This document shows, one piece after another, positions 46,999-56,077 of a stretch of DNA of 58,815 nucleotides. The notes under the pieces are model-generated. The model saw nothing but the letters and a program-made list of their open reading frames with translations, ran no database searches and was not told the origin of the DNA. The position numbers and the translations under genes are program-made. Origin of the DNA: an uncultured Elusimicrobia bacterium (lineage in GTDB: Bacteria > Elusimicrobiota > Elusimicrobia > F11); the NCBI GenBank assembly GCA_964499015.1, contig CAZCJA010000004.1, positions 1 to 58,815 on the forward strand, read 5' to 3'. The stretch's first letter is position 1, and each line of letters opens with the position of its first letter.

Positions 46999-47427
46999 AT
47001 GAAAGCCAAGCTCATCACGAAGAAGGATTTTTCGTCGGGCGGAGTCGTCTGGGACGCGAAGAAAAAGAAGCTGCTGATGGTTTACGTCGAAAATTTGAGC
47101 GGTTCACGCACCTGGACGTTTCCCAAGGGCCACCCCGAAAAAAAAGAAACCGACCGGGAGGCGGCGGTGCGCGAAGTGCGCGAGGAAACCGGCTGGGCTT
47201 GCACGGCCGGTAAATTCCTCATGGATGTAAAATACACGTACGTGCACGGCCGCATTCGCTACAACAAGACCGTTCGCTGGTTCATGATGGAGCCCGTGGA
47301 AAAAGTAGGATCGTTTCAGGAAGAGGAAGTGCTGCGCACGCGTTGGACAAGCTTCGCCATGGCGAAAAAAAGCGTCACCTATGATTCTGATAAAGCGCTT
47401 CTCACCAAATTGAAATCCGTCCTATAA
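46999..47427 (+). CDS. NUDIX hydrolase
   Basis: Nudix box GHPEKKETDREAAVREVREETG. Confidence 0.85.
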   Translation: MKAKLITKKDFSSGGVVWDAKKKKLLMVYVENLSGSRTWTFPKGHPEKKETDREAAVREVREETGWACTAGKFLMDVKYTYVHGRIRYNKTVRWFMMEPVEKVGSFQEEEVLRTRWTSFAMAKKSVTYDSDKALLTKLKSVL

Positions 47428-47436
47428 TCGACCTTT

Positions 47437-48909
47437 ATGGAAACCGCAACTCAAAAGAAATATGAAACCGTCATCGGCCTGGAAGTTCACGTCCAGCTGA
47501 AGACCAATTCGAAATTGTTCTGTTCCTGCGAAACGGATTTTGGCGCCGTGCCCAATTCGCACGTGTGCCCCGTGTGCACGGGCCAGCCCGGCGTTTTGCC
47601 CGTTTTAAACAAGAAAGCGGTGGAAGGCATCGTGAAGGCGGGCCTTGCGCTCGGCTGCCGCGTGAATGAAAAATCGTTTTTTGCCCGCAAACAGTATTTT
47701 TATCCGGACCTGCCCAAGGCGTACCAGATTTCCCAATCGGACCAGCCGGTGTGCAGCGATGGGCAAATCGTTATTTCCGGCCCGAACGGGCCCAAGACCA
47801 TTCGCGTGCAGCGCATCCATTTGGAAGAAGACGCGGGCAAGCTGATCCACGCGATCGGTTCCACGGATTTGCCGTATTCCCTGGTGGATTTAAACCGTTC
47901 GAGCATTCCGCTGATCGAAATCGTTTCTCATCCGGATTTGTCGTCCTCCGACGAGGCCCATGAATATTTATCCAAGCTGAAAGCCAACGTTCAGTACGTG
48001 GGCGTTTCGGATTGCGACATGGAAAAAGGCTCGCTGCGCTGCGATGCTAACGTTTCCATCCGTTTGCCCGGAGCGCCGCTCGGCACGCGCGTGGAAATTA
48101 AAAACATGAACAGCTTCCGTGCGGTGAAAGACGCCATCGAGCACGAAATCGAACGGCAGATCGAATTGGTGGAAGGCGGCGGCCGTGTGACGCAAGAAAC
48201 CCGTTTGTGGAACGAAGCGCAGGGCACCACCGCGCCGATGCGTTCCAAGGAGGAAGCGCACGACTACCGTTACTTCCCGGACCCGGACCTTGTGCCGCTG
48301 AACTTGACCGCCGATTTTTTGGCCGGCATAAAAAAAGGATTGCCTGAATTGCCGGAGCCGCGCCGCGCGCGTTTGGTAAAGGACCTTTTGCTCAGCGACT
48401 ACGACGCCGGTGTTTTGGTGTCGCAGAAAGAGCTGGTCGACTTTTTTGAAGATGGTTTGAAAAATATGGCGGCCGATAAGCGCGCCGCCGTGGCCAAGCC
48501 GCTGGCCAACTGGATCATCACGGAACTCCTCGGCCGTCTGAACGCCGAGAAAAAGACCGTACAGGAGTCGCCCGTTTCGTCGGCCTATTTGGCGGAATTG
48601 GTTGAGCTGATTAATGCGGGCACGATCAACGGCAAGATGGCCAAGGATATTTTTGCGGAAATCTACGCCGCGCCGCAATCGCCGAGGGCCTTGGTGCAGA
48701 AAAAAGGTCTGAGCCAAGTCAGCGACGAAGGCGAACTGTTGAAATTTATAGACGAAGTGATTAAGGAAAACGTGAAAATCGTCGAAGACGTCAAAGGCGG
48801 CAAGGAGGCGGCCATCGGCTCGCTGGTCGGCGCGCTAATGAAAAAAACGAAAGGCCGCGCTAACCCGAAGCTCGCCAACGAGCTGCTTAAGAAAAGGATC
48901 CTCGGTTAG
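47437..48909 (+). CDS. gatB: Asp-tRNA(Asn)/Glu-tRNA(Gln) amidotransferase subunit B
   Basis: YETVIGLEVHVQLKTNSKLFCSC, CPVCTGQPGVLPV, HLEEDAGK, RCDANVS, plus the C-terminal YqeY-like tail. Confidence 0.95.
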   Translation: METATQKKYETVIGLEVHVQLKTNSKLFCSCETDFGAVPNSHVCPVCTGQPGVLPVLNKKAVEGIVKAGLALGCRVNEKSFFARKQYFYPDLPKAYQISQSDQPVCSDGQIVISGPNGPKTIRVQRIHLEEDAGKLIHAIGSTDLPYSLVDLNRSSIPLIEIVSHPDLSSSDEAHEYLSKLKANVQYVGVSDCDMEKGSLRCDANVSIRLPGAPLGTRVEIKNMNSFRAVKDAIEHEIERQIELVEGGGRVTQETRLWNEAQGTTAPMRSKEEAHDYRYFPDPDLVPLNLTADFLAGIKKGLPELPEPRRARLVKDLLLSDYDAGVLVSQKELVDFFEDGLKNMAADKRAAVAKPLANWIITELLGRLNAEKKTVQESPVSSAYLAELVELINAGTINGKMAKDIFAEIYAAPQSPRALVQKKGLSQVSDEGELLKFIDEVIKENVKIVEDVKGGKEAAIGSLVGALMKKTKGRANPKLANELLKKRILG

Positions 48910-49277
48910 TGGGCGGCCCGCTGGATTTGGGCGTCGACATCGAGGAGGTGGCGCGGTTTCGCGCGCTGGTGCGCAACAAACGCTTTCTGAAACGCATTTA
49001 CACGCCCAGCGAAGTGGCCTATTGCCGCGCCAAGAAAAACCAGCTTCAGCATTTCGCGGTGCGATTCGCCGCGAAGGAAGCAGTGTGGAAATGTTTGAGC
49101 GATACGCTGCGTAATCTGAAGAAGAAGCTCGGCCACCGCGATATCGGCATTAAAAATTCGGCGTCGGGCAAGCCGCAGATCACACTGCCCAAAGCGCTTA
49201 AAAAGATTGAAAAGCGCATCCATGTTTCGCTTTCGCACAGCACGTCGCACGTTGTGGCCGTCGCCGTTCTCGGCTGA
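48909..49277 (+). CDS. acpS: holo-[acyl-carrier-protein] synthase
   Basis: LGVDIEEVARF, FAAKEAVWK, SLSHS. GTG start overlaps the gatB stop (TAGTG). Confidence 0.85.
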   Translation: MGGPLDLGVDIEEVARFRALVRNKRFLKRIYTPSEVAYCRAKKNQLQHFAVRFAAKEAVWKCLSDTLRNLKKKLGHRDIGIKNSASGKPQITLPKALKKIEKRIHVSLSHSTSHVVAVAVLG

Positions 49278-50146
49278 TGGCCCGTCTTCTGACCCGCCAA
49301 CAGATTCGCCGGTGGATTCCCAAACGGAGCAAGAACGCGCATAAAGGCGATATGGGTCGCGTTTATATCGCGGCGGGTTCGCGCGGCATGGCGGGCGCGG
49401 CGATTTTGTCGTCCTTGGGCGCTGTGCGAGCGGGCGCGGGCCTCGTGCGCGTCGGCATCGTAGAGAGCCGGCAGATTGTGGCCGCCAAACGCGCGCCGTT
49501 GGAAGCCACCACGGACGCGCTGCCGGAAGGAAAAGACGGGATGCTTTCACCGGCGGCGTTTTCCGCTCTGAGCGCGGCGGTCAAAAAATTTCAGACGGAC
49601 GTTGTGGCGATGGGCCCGGGACTTGGGATCGGAGCGGGCCCGAAACATGTGGTGAAGCGCTTCGTGTGTTCCTATCGGGGCATTCTGGTTCTGGACGCGG
49701 ACGGACTAAACGTATTCGCCAAAACTGATTTATTGCGCAAGCACGGCGGTGAAATGGTGATCACGCCGCACGAAGGGGAACTCGCGCGGCTTTTAAATAA
49801 GCCCGCGTCGTGGGTCAAGGCGCATCGGGAAGAAGCGGCTCGCACGGCCGCCAAAAAATTCCGCTGCGTATGCCTGTTAAAAGGCGCGGGAACATTGGTG
49901 ACGGATGGGGCGGTAATGTGGAAAAATCCCACCGGCAACCCCGGAATGGCCACGGGCGGCATGGGCGACGTGCTCACGGGCGTCATCGCCGCCTTTTGCG
50001 CGCGAATGGTTCCGCTGCACGCGGCCTGCGCGGGGGCGTATGTGCATGGGCTGGCGGGGGACATCGCCGCTGCAACGATTTCGAAAGTCGGTTATTTGGC
50101 GTCGGACCTGGCGGGTTTTATTCCAACGGCGCTGGCAAAGATTTAA
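49277..50146 (+). CDS. nnrD: ADP-dependent NAD(P)H-hydrate dehydratase (YjeF C-terminal type only)
   Basis: KGDMGRVYIAAGSRGMAGAAILS, ITPHEGE, GGMGDVLTG. TGATG overlap with acpS. Confidence 0.9.
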   Translation: MARLLTRQQIRRWIPKRSKNAHKGDMGRVYIAAGSRGMAGAAILSSLGAVRAGAGLVRVGIVESRQIVAAKRAPLEATTDALPEGKDGMLSPAAFSALSAAVKKFQTDVVAMGPGLGIGAGPKHVVKRFVCSYRGILVLDADGLNVFAKTDLLRKHGGEMVITPHEGELARLLNKPASWVKAHREEAARTAAKKFRCVCLLKGAGTLVTDGAVMWKNPTGNPGMATGGMGDVLTGVIAAFCARMVPLHAACAGAYVHGLAGDIAAATISKVGYLASDLAGFIPTALAKI

Positions 50147-50165
50147 AAAATCGGGAGGACACACT

Positions 50166-50348
50166 ATGGCAATTGTCGTCGGCATCGTTTTCATCGCGTT
50201 GGGACTCGCGGGGCTTCTGCGCTGGTTCCATGAGTTCGTGTTCATGGTCAAAGGTTTCGGCCCGGCGATTCTTCTGACCAGCGGCGTGTTGGCCGTGGTG
50301 GTCGGCATCGCGTCGCTCGGATCGCGTCGCGGCGATGGCAAATCTTAA
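50166..50348 (+). CDS. small (60 aa) two-TM membrane protein
   Basis: GGGAGGA SD 7 nt upstream of the ATG. Two hydrophobic helices. The track ORF 50040 overlaps nnrD. Confidence 0.45.
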   Translation: MAIVVGIVFIALGLAGLLRWFHEFVFMVKGFGPAILLTSGVLAVVVGIASLGSRRGDGKS

Positions 50349-51330
50349 AACACAGGGTGAATGGGGCTTCCTAAACCGCCTTCTCCCGCGTCTGCGCCGC
50401 CTGGGCCGCGGCCGTTTCCTCGTTCCGCCCGGCGACGACGCCGCCGTCCTTAAAAACGCCGCGCGCGCGGTTCTCTCCATCGACGGTCTCACCGACGGCA
50501 CGCATTTCAAATCCAGCTGGGCTTCTTCCGTTAAAGCCATTTTGGGCGTGGGCCTTGGCCGGGCGCTCGGTTGGAAACTTCTGGGCAGCGGCCTTTCCGA
50601 TTTGGCGGCGATGGGGCGGACCAAATCCCGCTGGGCGATGGTTTATCTGGCCGCTCCATCCAATACGTCGATGGATTTCTTGATGGATTTGCAAAAAGGC
50701 GTGGGCGAAACGGCTCAGGCCTGCGGCACTGCGCTCGCGGGCGGCGACACGGTTCGCGGCCGCGACCTTTCGCTGGTCGTGGCGGTGGGCGGAGACGCGA
50801 TGGGCACGCCGCTGACGCGCACGGGCGCTAAGTCGGGAGACCTCCTGTGTGTGACCGGTTTTGTCGGCGACGCCGACATGGGTTTGCGCTATCTGCTCAA
50901 GAAAAAACCGTTGAACAAGAGCGATCGCCGCTACTTTGTCGAACGCTTCTTCAAAGCGACGCCGCTGTTTAAAGAGGGGGAAGTCCTCGCCTCGACACCG
51001 GGCGTCACCGCGCTGATGGATTTGTCCGATCCGCTCGGGTCGTCAGTGAATATTTTGACCGCGGCCTCCGGTGTGGGCGCGCAAATCAGTGTCGACGATA
51101 TTCCTGTTTCACCGCGGCTGAAAAAAATCGGCGTTTCACCGGTTTCCTTATTGGAAGCGGGCGAAGATTATGGGCTTTTGTTTACCATTCGGCCCGGCGC
51201 GCTGGCGGCGCTGCGCAAGAAAATGAAATTGACTGTCATCGGCAACGTGCGCCCACGCGCGTACCGCGTGCGCTTTTATTCCAAGGGGAAACAAGTGAGG
51301 AAGAATGAATTTTTTGAGCACTTCGCCTGA
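50335..51330 (+). CDS. thiL: thiamine-monophosphate kinase
   Basis: GEWGFLNRL, PPGDDAAVL, IDGLTDGTHF, LSDLAAMG, GGDT. AIR-synthase-like fold pattern. Confidence 0.85.
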   Translation: MANLKTQGEWGFLNRLLPRLRRLGRGRFLVPPGDDAAVLKNAARAVLSIDGLTDGTHFKSSWASSVKAILGVGLGRALGWKLLGSGLSDLAAMGRTKSRWAMVYLAAPSNTSMDFLMDLQKGVGETAQACGTALAGGDTVRGRDLSLVVAVGGDAMGTPLTRTGAKSGDLLCVTGFVGDADMGLRYLLKKKPLNKSDRRYFVERFFKATPLFKEGEVLASTPGVTALMDLSDPLGSSVNILTAASGVGAQISVDDIPVSPRLKKIGVSPVSLLEAGEDYGLLFTIRPGALAALRKKMKLTVIGNVRPRAYRVRFYSKGKQVRKNEFFEHFA

Positions 51331-51808
51331 GCAAACCCGGAAATTGGGCGGCGCTCTCGGCAAGAAACTGCGCGAGGGCGACGTGGTTTTGTTGACCGCC
51401 GACTTGGGCGCGGGCAAAACCACGTTCACGCAAGGGCTCGCGCGCGCACTCGGCGTGAAAGAAGAAACCATGAGCCCCACGTTCATCATCGCGCAGACGT
51501 TGCACGGCCGCCGCGCGCTGCATCATCTCGATTTTTACCGGCTGTCCAAAAAAGAAATCCTCGATATGGGCGTGGAAGATTATTTCACGGGCGGCGGATT
51601 GGTCGGCCCCGGTGTTTTGGTCGTGGAATGGGCGGACCGTTTTCCGGAACTGTGGCCGGCCGATCACTTGCGCATCTCCATCAAGATCGAACAGGAATCC
51701 AAAGCGCGTCGCTTCACGCTCAGCGGCACCGGCCCGCGCTCGCGCGCTGTACTGAAGGGGTTGGGGAATTTTGGGGAGGCAAGGAGGGGTCATGGTGACC
51801 CCTCCTAA
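51305..51808 (+). CDS. tsaE: tRNA t6A37 biosynthesis ATPase TsaE
   Basis: LLTADLGAGKTTFTQGLARALGV, SPTF, HLDFYRL. The C-terminal tail is encoded by the palindrome at 51773-51815. Confidence 0.85.
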   Translation: MNFLSTSPEQTRKLGGALGKKLREGDVVLLTADLGAGKTTFTQGLARALGVKEETMSPTFIIAQTLHGRRALHHLDFYRLSKKEILDMGVEDYFTGGGLVGPGVLVVEWADRFPELWPADHLRISIKIEQESKARRFTLSGTGPRSRAVLKGLGNFGEARRGHGDPS

Positions 51809-51815
51809 CCTCCCC
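51773..51815. promoter_or_regulatory. nested 7+11-bp hairpin enclosing the tsaB SD and start codon and the tsaE stop
   Basis: GGGGAGG ca AGGAGGGGTCA tgg TGACCCCTCCT aa CCTCCCC; both arm pairs are perfect reverse complements. SD AGGAGG at 51782-51787, ATG at 51792-51794, tsaE TAA at 51806-51808. Confidence 0.6.
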
Positions 51816-52424
51816 GTCGTCGCCATCGAAACCACGGGCCTGCATTTGGGTTTGGGCCTTTACGCGGTGGACCCGCACAAGAAAACGGTCCGCCGCCAAG
51901 GTGAAGTTTTCCTCCAGGCCGCGCTGAAGCAGTCCGATCTGCTGTTTCCGCTTTTAACGAAGCTTTTGAAGAAAGCGCGCGTGCCGAAGGAAAAAATCGG
52001 CCTGTTCATCGTCGATGTGGGGCCGGGCAGCTTCACCGGCGTGCGCGTCGGCGTCGCCGCGGCGCGCGCGATGGCTCAGGCGCTCAAGGCTCCGCTCATC
52101 GGCGTCTCCAGCTTGGAAGCGATCGCGCGCACCAAGAAGGGGAACGTTGTTGCGTGGATGCCCGCGCTCTCGGGCGAGGCGTACTACCGCGTGGGCATGG
52201 AGCCGCGCTGGGGCACGCAGGCGGAGTTTGACGCCGCGGTGGCGCAACAAAAGAAGCGTGACAAGCGTACGGTTGTTGTCACCGGCGCTCCGCACGTGCG
52301 CGACGTGGCCGCCATCGGCATTGAAACGTTTTTAAAAAAACCGCGCGCCTCCGCGTTTCCCTATTTAAACGTCACGCCGCTTTATCTACAGCCCAGTTGG
52401 GCCGAGAGGAAAAAATCGCGTTGA
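51792..52424 (+). CDS. tsaB: tRNA t6A37 biosynthesis protein TsaB
   Basis: VVAIETTG, GPGSFTGVRVGVAAARAMAQAL. The ATG at 51792 is preferred over the track start 51771 because of the AGGAGG SD. Confidence 0.8.
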   Translation: MVTPPNLPVVAIETTGLHLGLGLYAVDPHKKTVRRQGEVFLQAALKQSDLLFPLLTKLLKKARVPKEKIGLFIVDVGPGSFTGVRVGVAAARAMAQALKAPLIGVSSLEAIARTKKGNVVAWMPALSGEAYYRVGMEPRWGTQAEFDAAVAQQKKRDKRTVVVTGAPHVRDVAAIGIETFLKKPRASAFPYLNVTPLYLQPSWAERKKSR

Positions 52425-52840
52425 GCACGTCCGTGCTGCGGGAAATGCGTCCGGCCGACGCCGAGTGGATGAGCGCGTGGGAATCAGCCGAGCGGCCGTA
52501 TCCGTGGCGGCGAGAGCAATTTAAGCAGGCTTGGGTCCACGAAGAGAACAATAAGCCGGCCGGATACGTTGTTGTGAACATCGTGGAAGCTGAAGCGTAT
52601 GTGCAGAACATCATGGTGCGGCGTGATTTGCGGCGTCACGGCATCGGCGAAAAAATTTTGAAAGAAGCGGAAACGCTCTCTCTGGCCCGCGGCGCGCGCT
52701 ATATGGTATTGGATGTGGATCCGCTGAATAAATCCGCGGTTTCGTTGTATCGGAAGATGGGCTTTGAGTTGATGGAGCAGCGCAAAAAATCATATCCACG
52801 CGGTGAAGACGCCTTGGTGATGAAAAAGGAGCTGTCGTGA
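52421..52840 (+). CDS. rimI: ribosomal-protein-alanine N-acetyltransferase (GNAT)
   Basis: NIMVRRDLRRHGIGEKIL (acetyl-CoA motif A), LDVDPLNKSAVSLYRKMGF, and synteny tsaE-tsaB-rimI. Start uncertain (TTG 52421, GTG 52433 or ATG 52445). Confidence 0.75.
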   Translation: MSTSVLREMRPADAEWMSAWESAERPYPWRREQFKQAWVHEENNKPAGYVVVNIVEAEAYVQNIMVRRDLRRHGIGEKILKEAETLSLARGARYMVLDVDPLNKSAVSLYRKMGFELMEQRKKSYPRGEDALVMKKELS

Positions 52841-55002
52841 AAAAACGCCTTTCAATCGTTGTTGTCCTTGCGGGGTTCGTCTCCGCGGCCCACGCCGCTC
52901 CGTCGTCGGTGCGCAATATCGACGCCTATCAGCACTATCTGAAAGCGGTTCTCTACGACACCCAAGGCAACTTGGTTCTCGCGCAAGACGAACTCACCAA
53001 AGCCATCAAGCTTTCGCCCGATAACGCTTTCCTCTATAAAACCGCGGCTGAGCTGTATTTCCGCCAGGGCAGCTTAACCGAGGCGCAAACGTCGGTCGAC
53101 AAATCCATCGAGCTCGATCCGGAAAACACGCGCGCCTACATTTTGGCCGGACAAATTTATTGGTCGCTCGGCAACAGCGCGGGCGCGGAAAAGCATTTCA
53201 AAAAAGCGGTCGACTTGGCGCCGGACGAAGCCGAGCCGCTGATGAATTTGGCGATGGCGGTGACGCCGAAAGAGCCGCGCCGGGCGATTCAGCTTTACAA
53301 CAGTTACCTCGCGCGCCATCCGGGAGAAGTGGATATTCGCGAGCGCGTCGCCCAGCTGCAGCAAAGTTTGGGCGATATCGACGACGCCGAGAAAACGTGG
53401 GAAAAAGTTTTGGAGTGGGACCCGTCGTCCTTGCGCGCGCATTTGTCGCTCGCGCAGATTGCCGAAGTCCGCTACGACACCGCGACCGCGATCAGCCATT
53501 ACGATGCAGTGGTTAAACAAGACCCGACCAACCTTTCGCTTCTTCTCCGCTTGGGGGAACTGCAGTACCGCACCAACGACATGGTAAAAGCCCAGGAAGC
53601 GTTCACCAAGGCGCAGGCGATCGCGCCGGCCAGCGTGGCCGCCAGCTTTTGGCTCGCATTGCTCAGCGAACACCGCGGCGAATGGGACGCCGCCATAACG
53701 CATTTAAACCAAGTGGCCGCCAAAGCCTCCGATCCGGGCGTCTATTTGCGTCTCTCCTATTATTACTCGCAGGCCGGCCGCTACAAAGAGGCCACCGGCG
53801 TTCTGGAAAAGCTGGTCGCAACCGAGCCCAATAACCCCGATTTTTTAAATTACCTGGCGATCGCTTACGATCAAGACAAAAATTACGCGAAGGCTGAAAA
53901 GACGCTGCTGCGCCGCATCCAGCTCGACCCGCAGGATTACGAGGCGCATTTTCAGTTGGCCAGCGTTTACGACCGGATGAAAAAATTCGGACAGGCCGAG
54001 GAATCTCTTTTGCGCGCGATCGATATCAAGCCCGACTATGCGATGGCGTTGAATTACCTCGGCTATTCGTATGCCGACCGAAACGTGAATTTAAAGGAAG
54101 CGGAAAAACTCATTTCGCACGCCATATCGCTCGATCCGCAAAACCCCGCGTACTTGGATTCGATGGGCTGGGTTTTTTATCGTTTGGGGAAATATCAAAG
54201 CGCGGAAGATTTTCTGCGCCAAGCGGCGGCGCTGGCGCGCGACCCGCTCATCTGGAGCCATTTGGGCGACGTTCAAGCGTCCCAACAGAAAACGATTGAC
54301 GCGATACTATCGTGGGACGAATCTTTGCGTATCGACGTTCATCAAAAAGAACTTTTGGGGAAAGTGCGTAAAAACGTGCGCGGCTTAAGCGACCGTCAAA
54401 AAATGGGCCTGTTCGTAAAGCGCGCGGTTACCAACGCGAGCGACGTTAAAAACATCAAGTCACTGGTCGAAATCAGCGTCTGCGACAAGAAACCCTGCGT
54501 AAAAAACAAAGCGCAGTTCCAATACGCCAGCGGGGGCGAACTGCGCGTGGAAATCGCCGGCCCTCTTGGCGGCCCGCTGATGCTGATGACCAAGCCCTTT
54601 GGCAAGCCCAGCCAATACGGCGCGCTGCATCCCGTTTTTCAGTCGCTGGAGAGGCCGGTCACGCGGGCCTTTGACCGTTACGAGAGCGTCCTTAGCGGCG
54701 GTTTGCTGCGTTCGCTGGACATCAACGATTTGGGCGACACCGTCGTTAAAAAATCCGGAACGCTGATCGGTAAATCCGGAAACGTGGAAGTGACGTTTGA
54801 GCCGGTGGACGGGCATGTGCAGTCGGTCCGCTGGACGGGCAGCGATTCCGACGTGCTGACGCTCTCCGGCTACAAAGCGTCGCGTTCGGTCACGCTGCCG
54901 GAAGCGTTCGAATGGCGCGACGCCGACGGATTCGGCATTAAAATGATGCTGCTCGACCCGACGGTCGCCTCGGCGTCACCCACCGCCGCACATGGCAAAT
55001 AA
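52837..55002 (+). CDS. TPR-repeat protein with beta-rich C-terminal (possibly LolB/DUF4292-like) domain
   Basis: Signal peptide, then about 12 TPR repeats through aa ~500, then a non-TPR domain containing RVEIAGPLGGPLMLM. GTG start overlaps the rimI stop. Confidence 0.7.
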   Translation: MKKRLSIVVVLAGFVSAAHAAPSSVRNIDAYQHYLKAVLYDTQGNLVLAQDELTKAIKLSPDNAFLYKTAAELYFRQGSLTEAQTSVDKSIELDPENTRAYILAGQIYWSLGNSAGAEKHFKKAVDLAPDEAEPLMNLAMAVTPKEPRRAIQLYNSYLARHPGEVDIRERVAQLQQSLGDIDDAEKTWEKVLEWDPSSLRAHLSLAQIAEVRYDTATAISHYDAVVKQDPTNLSLLLRLGELQYRTNDMVKAQEAFTKAQAIAPASVAASFWLALLSEHRGEWDAAITHLNQVAAKASDPGVYLRLSYYYSQAGRYKEATGVLEKLVATEPNNPDFLNYLAIAYDQDKNYAKAEKTLLRRIQLDPQDYEAHFQLASVYDRMKKFGQAEESLLRAIDIKPDYAMALNYLGYSYADRNVNLKEAEKLISHAISLDPQNPAYLDSMGWVFYRLGKYQSAEDFLRQAAALARDPLIWSHLGDVQASQQKTIDAILSWDESLRIDVHQKELLGKVRKNVRGLSDRQKMGLFVKRAVTNASDVKNIKSLVEISVCDKKPCVKNKAQFQYASGGELRVEIAGPLGGPLMLMTKPFGKPSQYGALHPVFQSLERPVTRAFDRYESVLSGGLLRSLDINDLGDTVVKKSGTLIGKSGNVEVTFEPVDGHVQSVRWTGSDSDVLTLSGYKASRSVTLPEAFEWRDADGFGIKMMLLDPTVASASPTAAHGK

Positions 55003-55837
55003 GCCGCTCGCTCGTCTCGCCCGCGCCAAAATCAATCTTCATCTCCACGTGGGCCCGCGCCGCGCCGACGGCTATCATTCCCTCGACACGCTCTTTCAGG
55101 AAATTTCCCTTCACGACAGGCTGACGTTCCGTGTGGCGCCAAAAAAAATCACGCTGCGCGTTAAGGGCGCCAGGCTCACCGCCGGTCCCGATAACTTGAT
55201 TGTTCGCGCGTTGGAGATGCTGCGGGGCAAGTTGGGAATTTCCGAGGGCATGGACGTGACACTGGAGAAAAACATACCGATGGGCGCGGGCCTGGGCGGC
55301 GGCTCGTCCGATGCGGCGGCCGCTTTGCTGGCCGGCTATAAATTGTGGACCGGAAAAAAAGGAATCCCCAAAATTCTTTTCGACTGCGCGGCGAAGCTCG
55401 GAGCGGACGTCGCTTTTTTTCTGCGCGGCGGCCGGGCGCAGGCCAAAGGGATCGGGGAAAAACTTTCCAAGCCGACGTTTGGCCCAAAAAAATGGCTGGT
55501 CGTGGTTTATCCGCGCGTGCACGTGGCCACGCCGCTCGCATATCGCTGGATTGATGAGTCGCGGCACAATCCCTCTCCCGTAGCCCTCTCCCTCAAGGGA
55601 GAGGGTTGGGAGAGGGGAAAGGCCGCGCGTAATGATTTTGAAAAAGTCGTTTTGCCGCGCTTCCCCGCGATCCGCAAAGCCAAAGAAGAGCTGCGGCGGC
55701 TGGGCTGCACAGGCGTGATGATGTCGGGCTCGGGCTCGAGCGTTTTTGGGTTTGCCGACGGAAAAGCCGCGGCGGAAAAAGTGCAGCGTTCGCTGCGGCT
55801 AAAACCGTGGGACGTTTTTGTGGCGCATACGATTTGA
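54992..55837 (+). CDS. ispE: 4-(cytidine 5'-diphospho)-2-C-methyl-D-erythritol kinase
   Basis: AKINLHLHVGPRRADGYH, IPMGAGLGGGSSDAAAAL (GHMP motif), MSGSGSSVFG. Confidence 0.9.
   Translation: MANKPLARLARAKINLHLHVGPRRADGYHSLDTLFQEISLHDRLTFRVAPKKITLRVKGARLTAGPDNLIVRALEMLRGKLGISEGMDVTLEKNIPMGAGLGGGSSDAAAALLAGYKLWTGKKGIPKILFDCAAKLGADVAFFLRGGRAQAKGIGEKLSKPTFGPKKWLVVVYPRVHVATPLAYRWIDESRHNPSPVALSLKGEGWERGKAARNDFEKVVLPRFPAIRKAKEELRRLGCTGVMMSGSGSSVFGFADGKAAAEKVQRSLRLKPWDVFVAHTI
55571..55616. repeat. second copy of the nested CT/GA-rich double hairpin, inside ispE
   Basis: CCCTCTCCC gtag CCCTCTCCC tcaa GGGAGAGGG tt GGGAGAGGG. Translated in frame as PSPVALSLKGEGWERG. Confidence 0.8.
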
Positions 55838-55851
55838 TAGGATTCCCGCCT

Positions 55852-55922
55852 TCCCGGATCGTCCAATGGTAGGACATCGGACTTTGAATCCGGTAATCCT
55901 GGTTCGAATCCAGGTCCGGGAA
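55852..55922 (+). tRNA. tRNA-Gln (anticodon TTG)
   Basis: Acceptor TCCCGGA/TCCGGGA, D-arm GTCCAATGGTAGGAC, anticodon stem-loop TCGGA-CTTTGAA-TCCGG, T-arm CCTGGTTCGAATCCAGG, discriminator A. Confidence 0.9.
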
Positions 55923-55931
55923 TTCGACTCA

Positions 55932-55953
55932 ACCCGTTACATTCGTAACGGGT
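55932..55953 (+). terminator. hairpin after tRNA-Gln (no U-tract)
   Basis: ACCCGTTAC attc GTAACGGGT, a perfect 9-bp stem. The absence of a T-run makes an intrinsic-terminator role uncertain. Confidence 0.3.
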
Positions 55954-56051
55954 CTCGCTCATTCCAGGGAACTGGAAACCCTTTCAGCGAGTGTAAACAT
56001 GCGAATTCCCCTGAGCGGAGGCCGTAGGGCCGAAGTCGAAGGGGCAAATGG

Positions 56052-56074
56052 CCCCCTCCATTTTAAGGAGGGGG
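56052..56074 (+). promoter_or_regulatory. 8-bp hairpin sequestering the SD of the GIY-YIG gene
   Basis: CCCCCTCC attttaa GGAGGGGG. The 3' arm is the SD, 3 nt upstream of the ATG at 56078. Confidence 0.45.
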
Positions 56075-56077
56075 CAC

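Noticed and set aside
55507-55962. 151-aa minus-strand ORF spanning the ispE 3' end and tRNA-Gln
   Set aside because: It is antisense to a well-supported ispE and a canonical tRNA, and it has no recognisable motifs.
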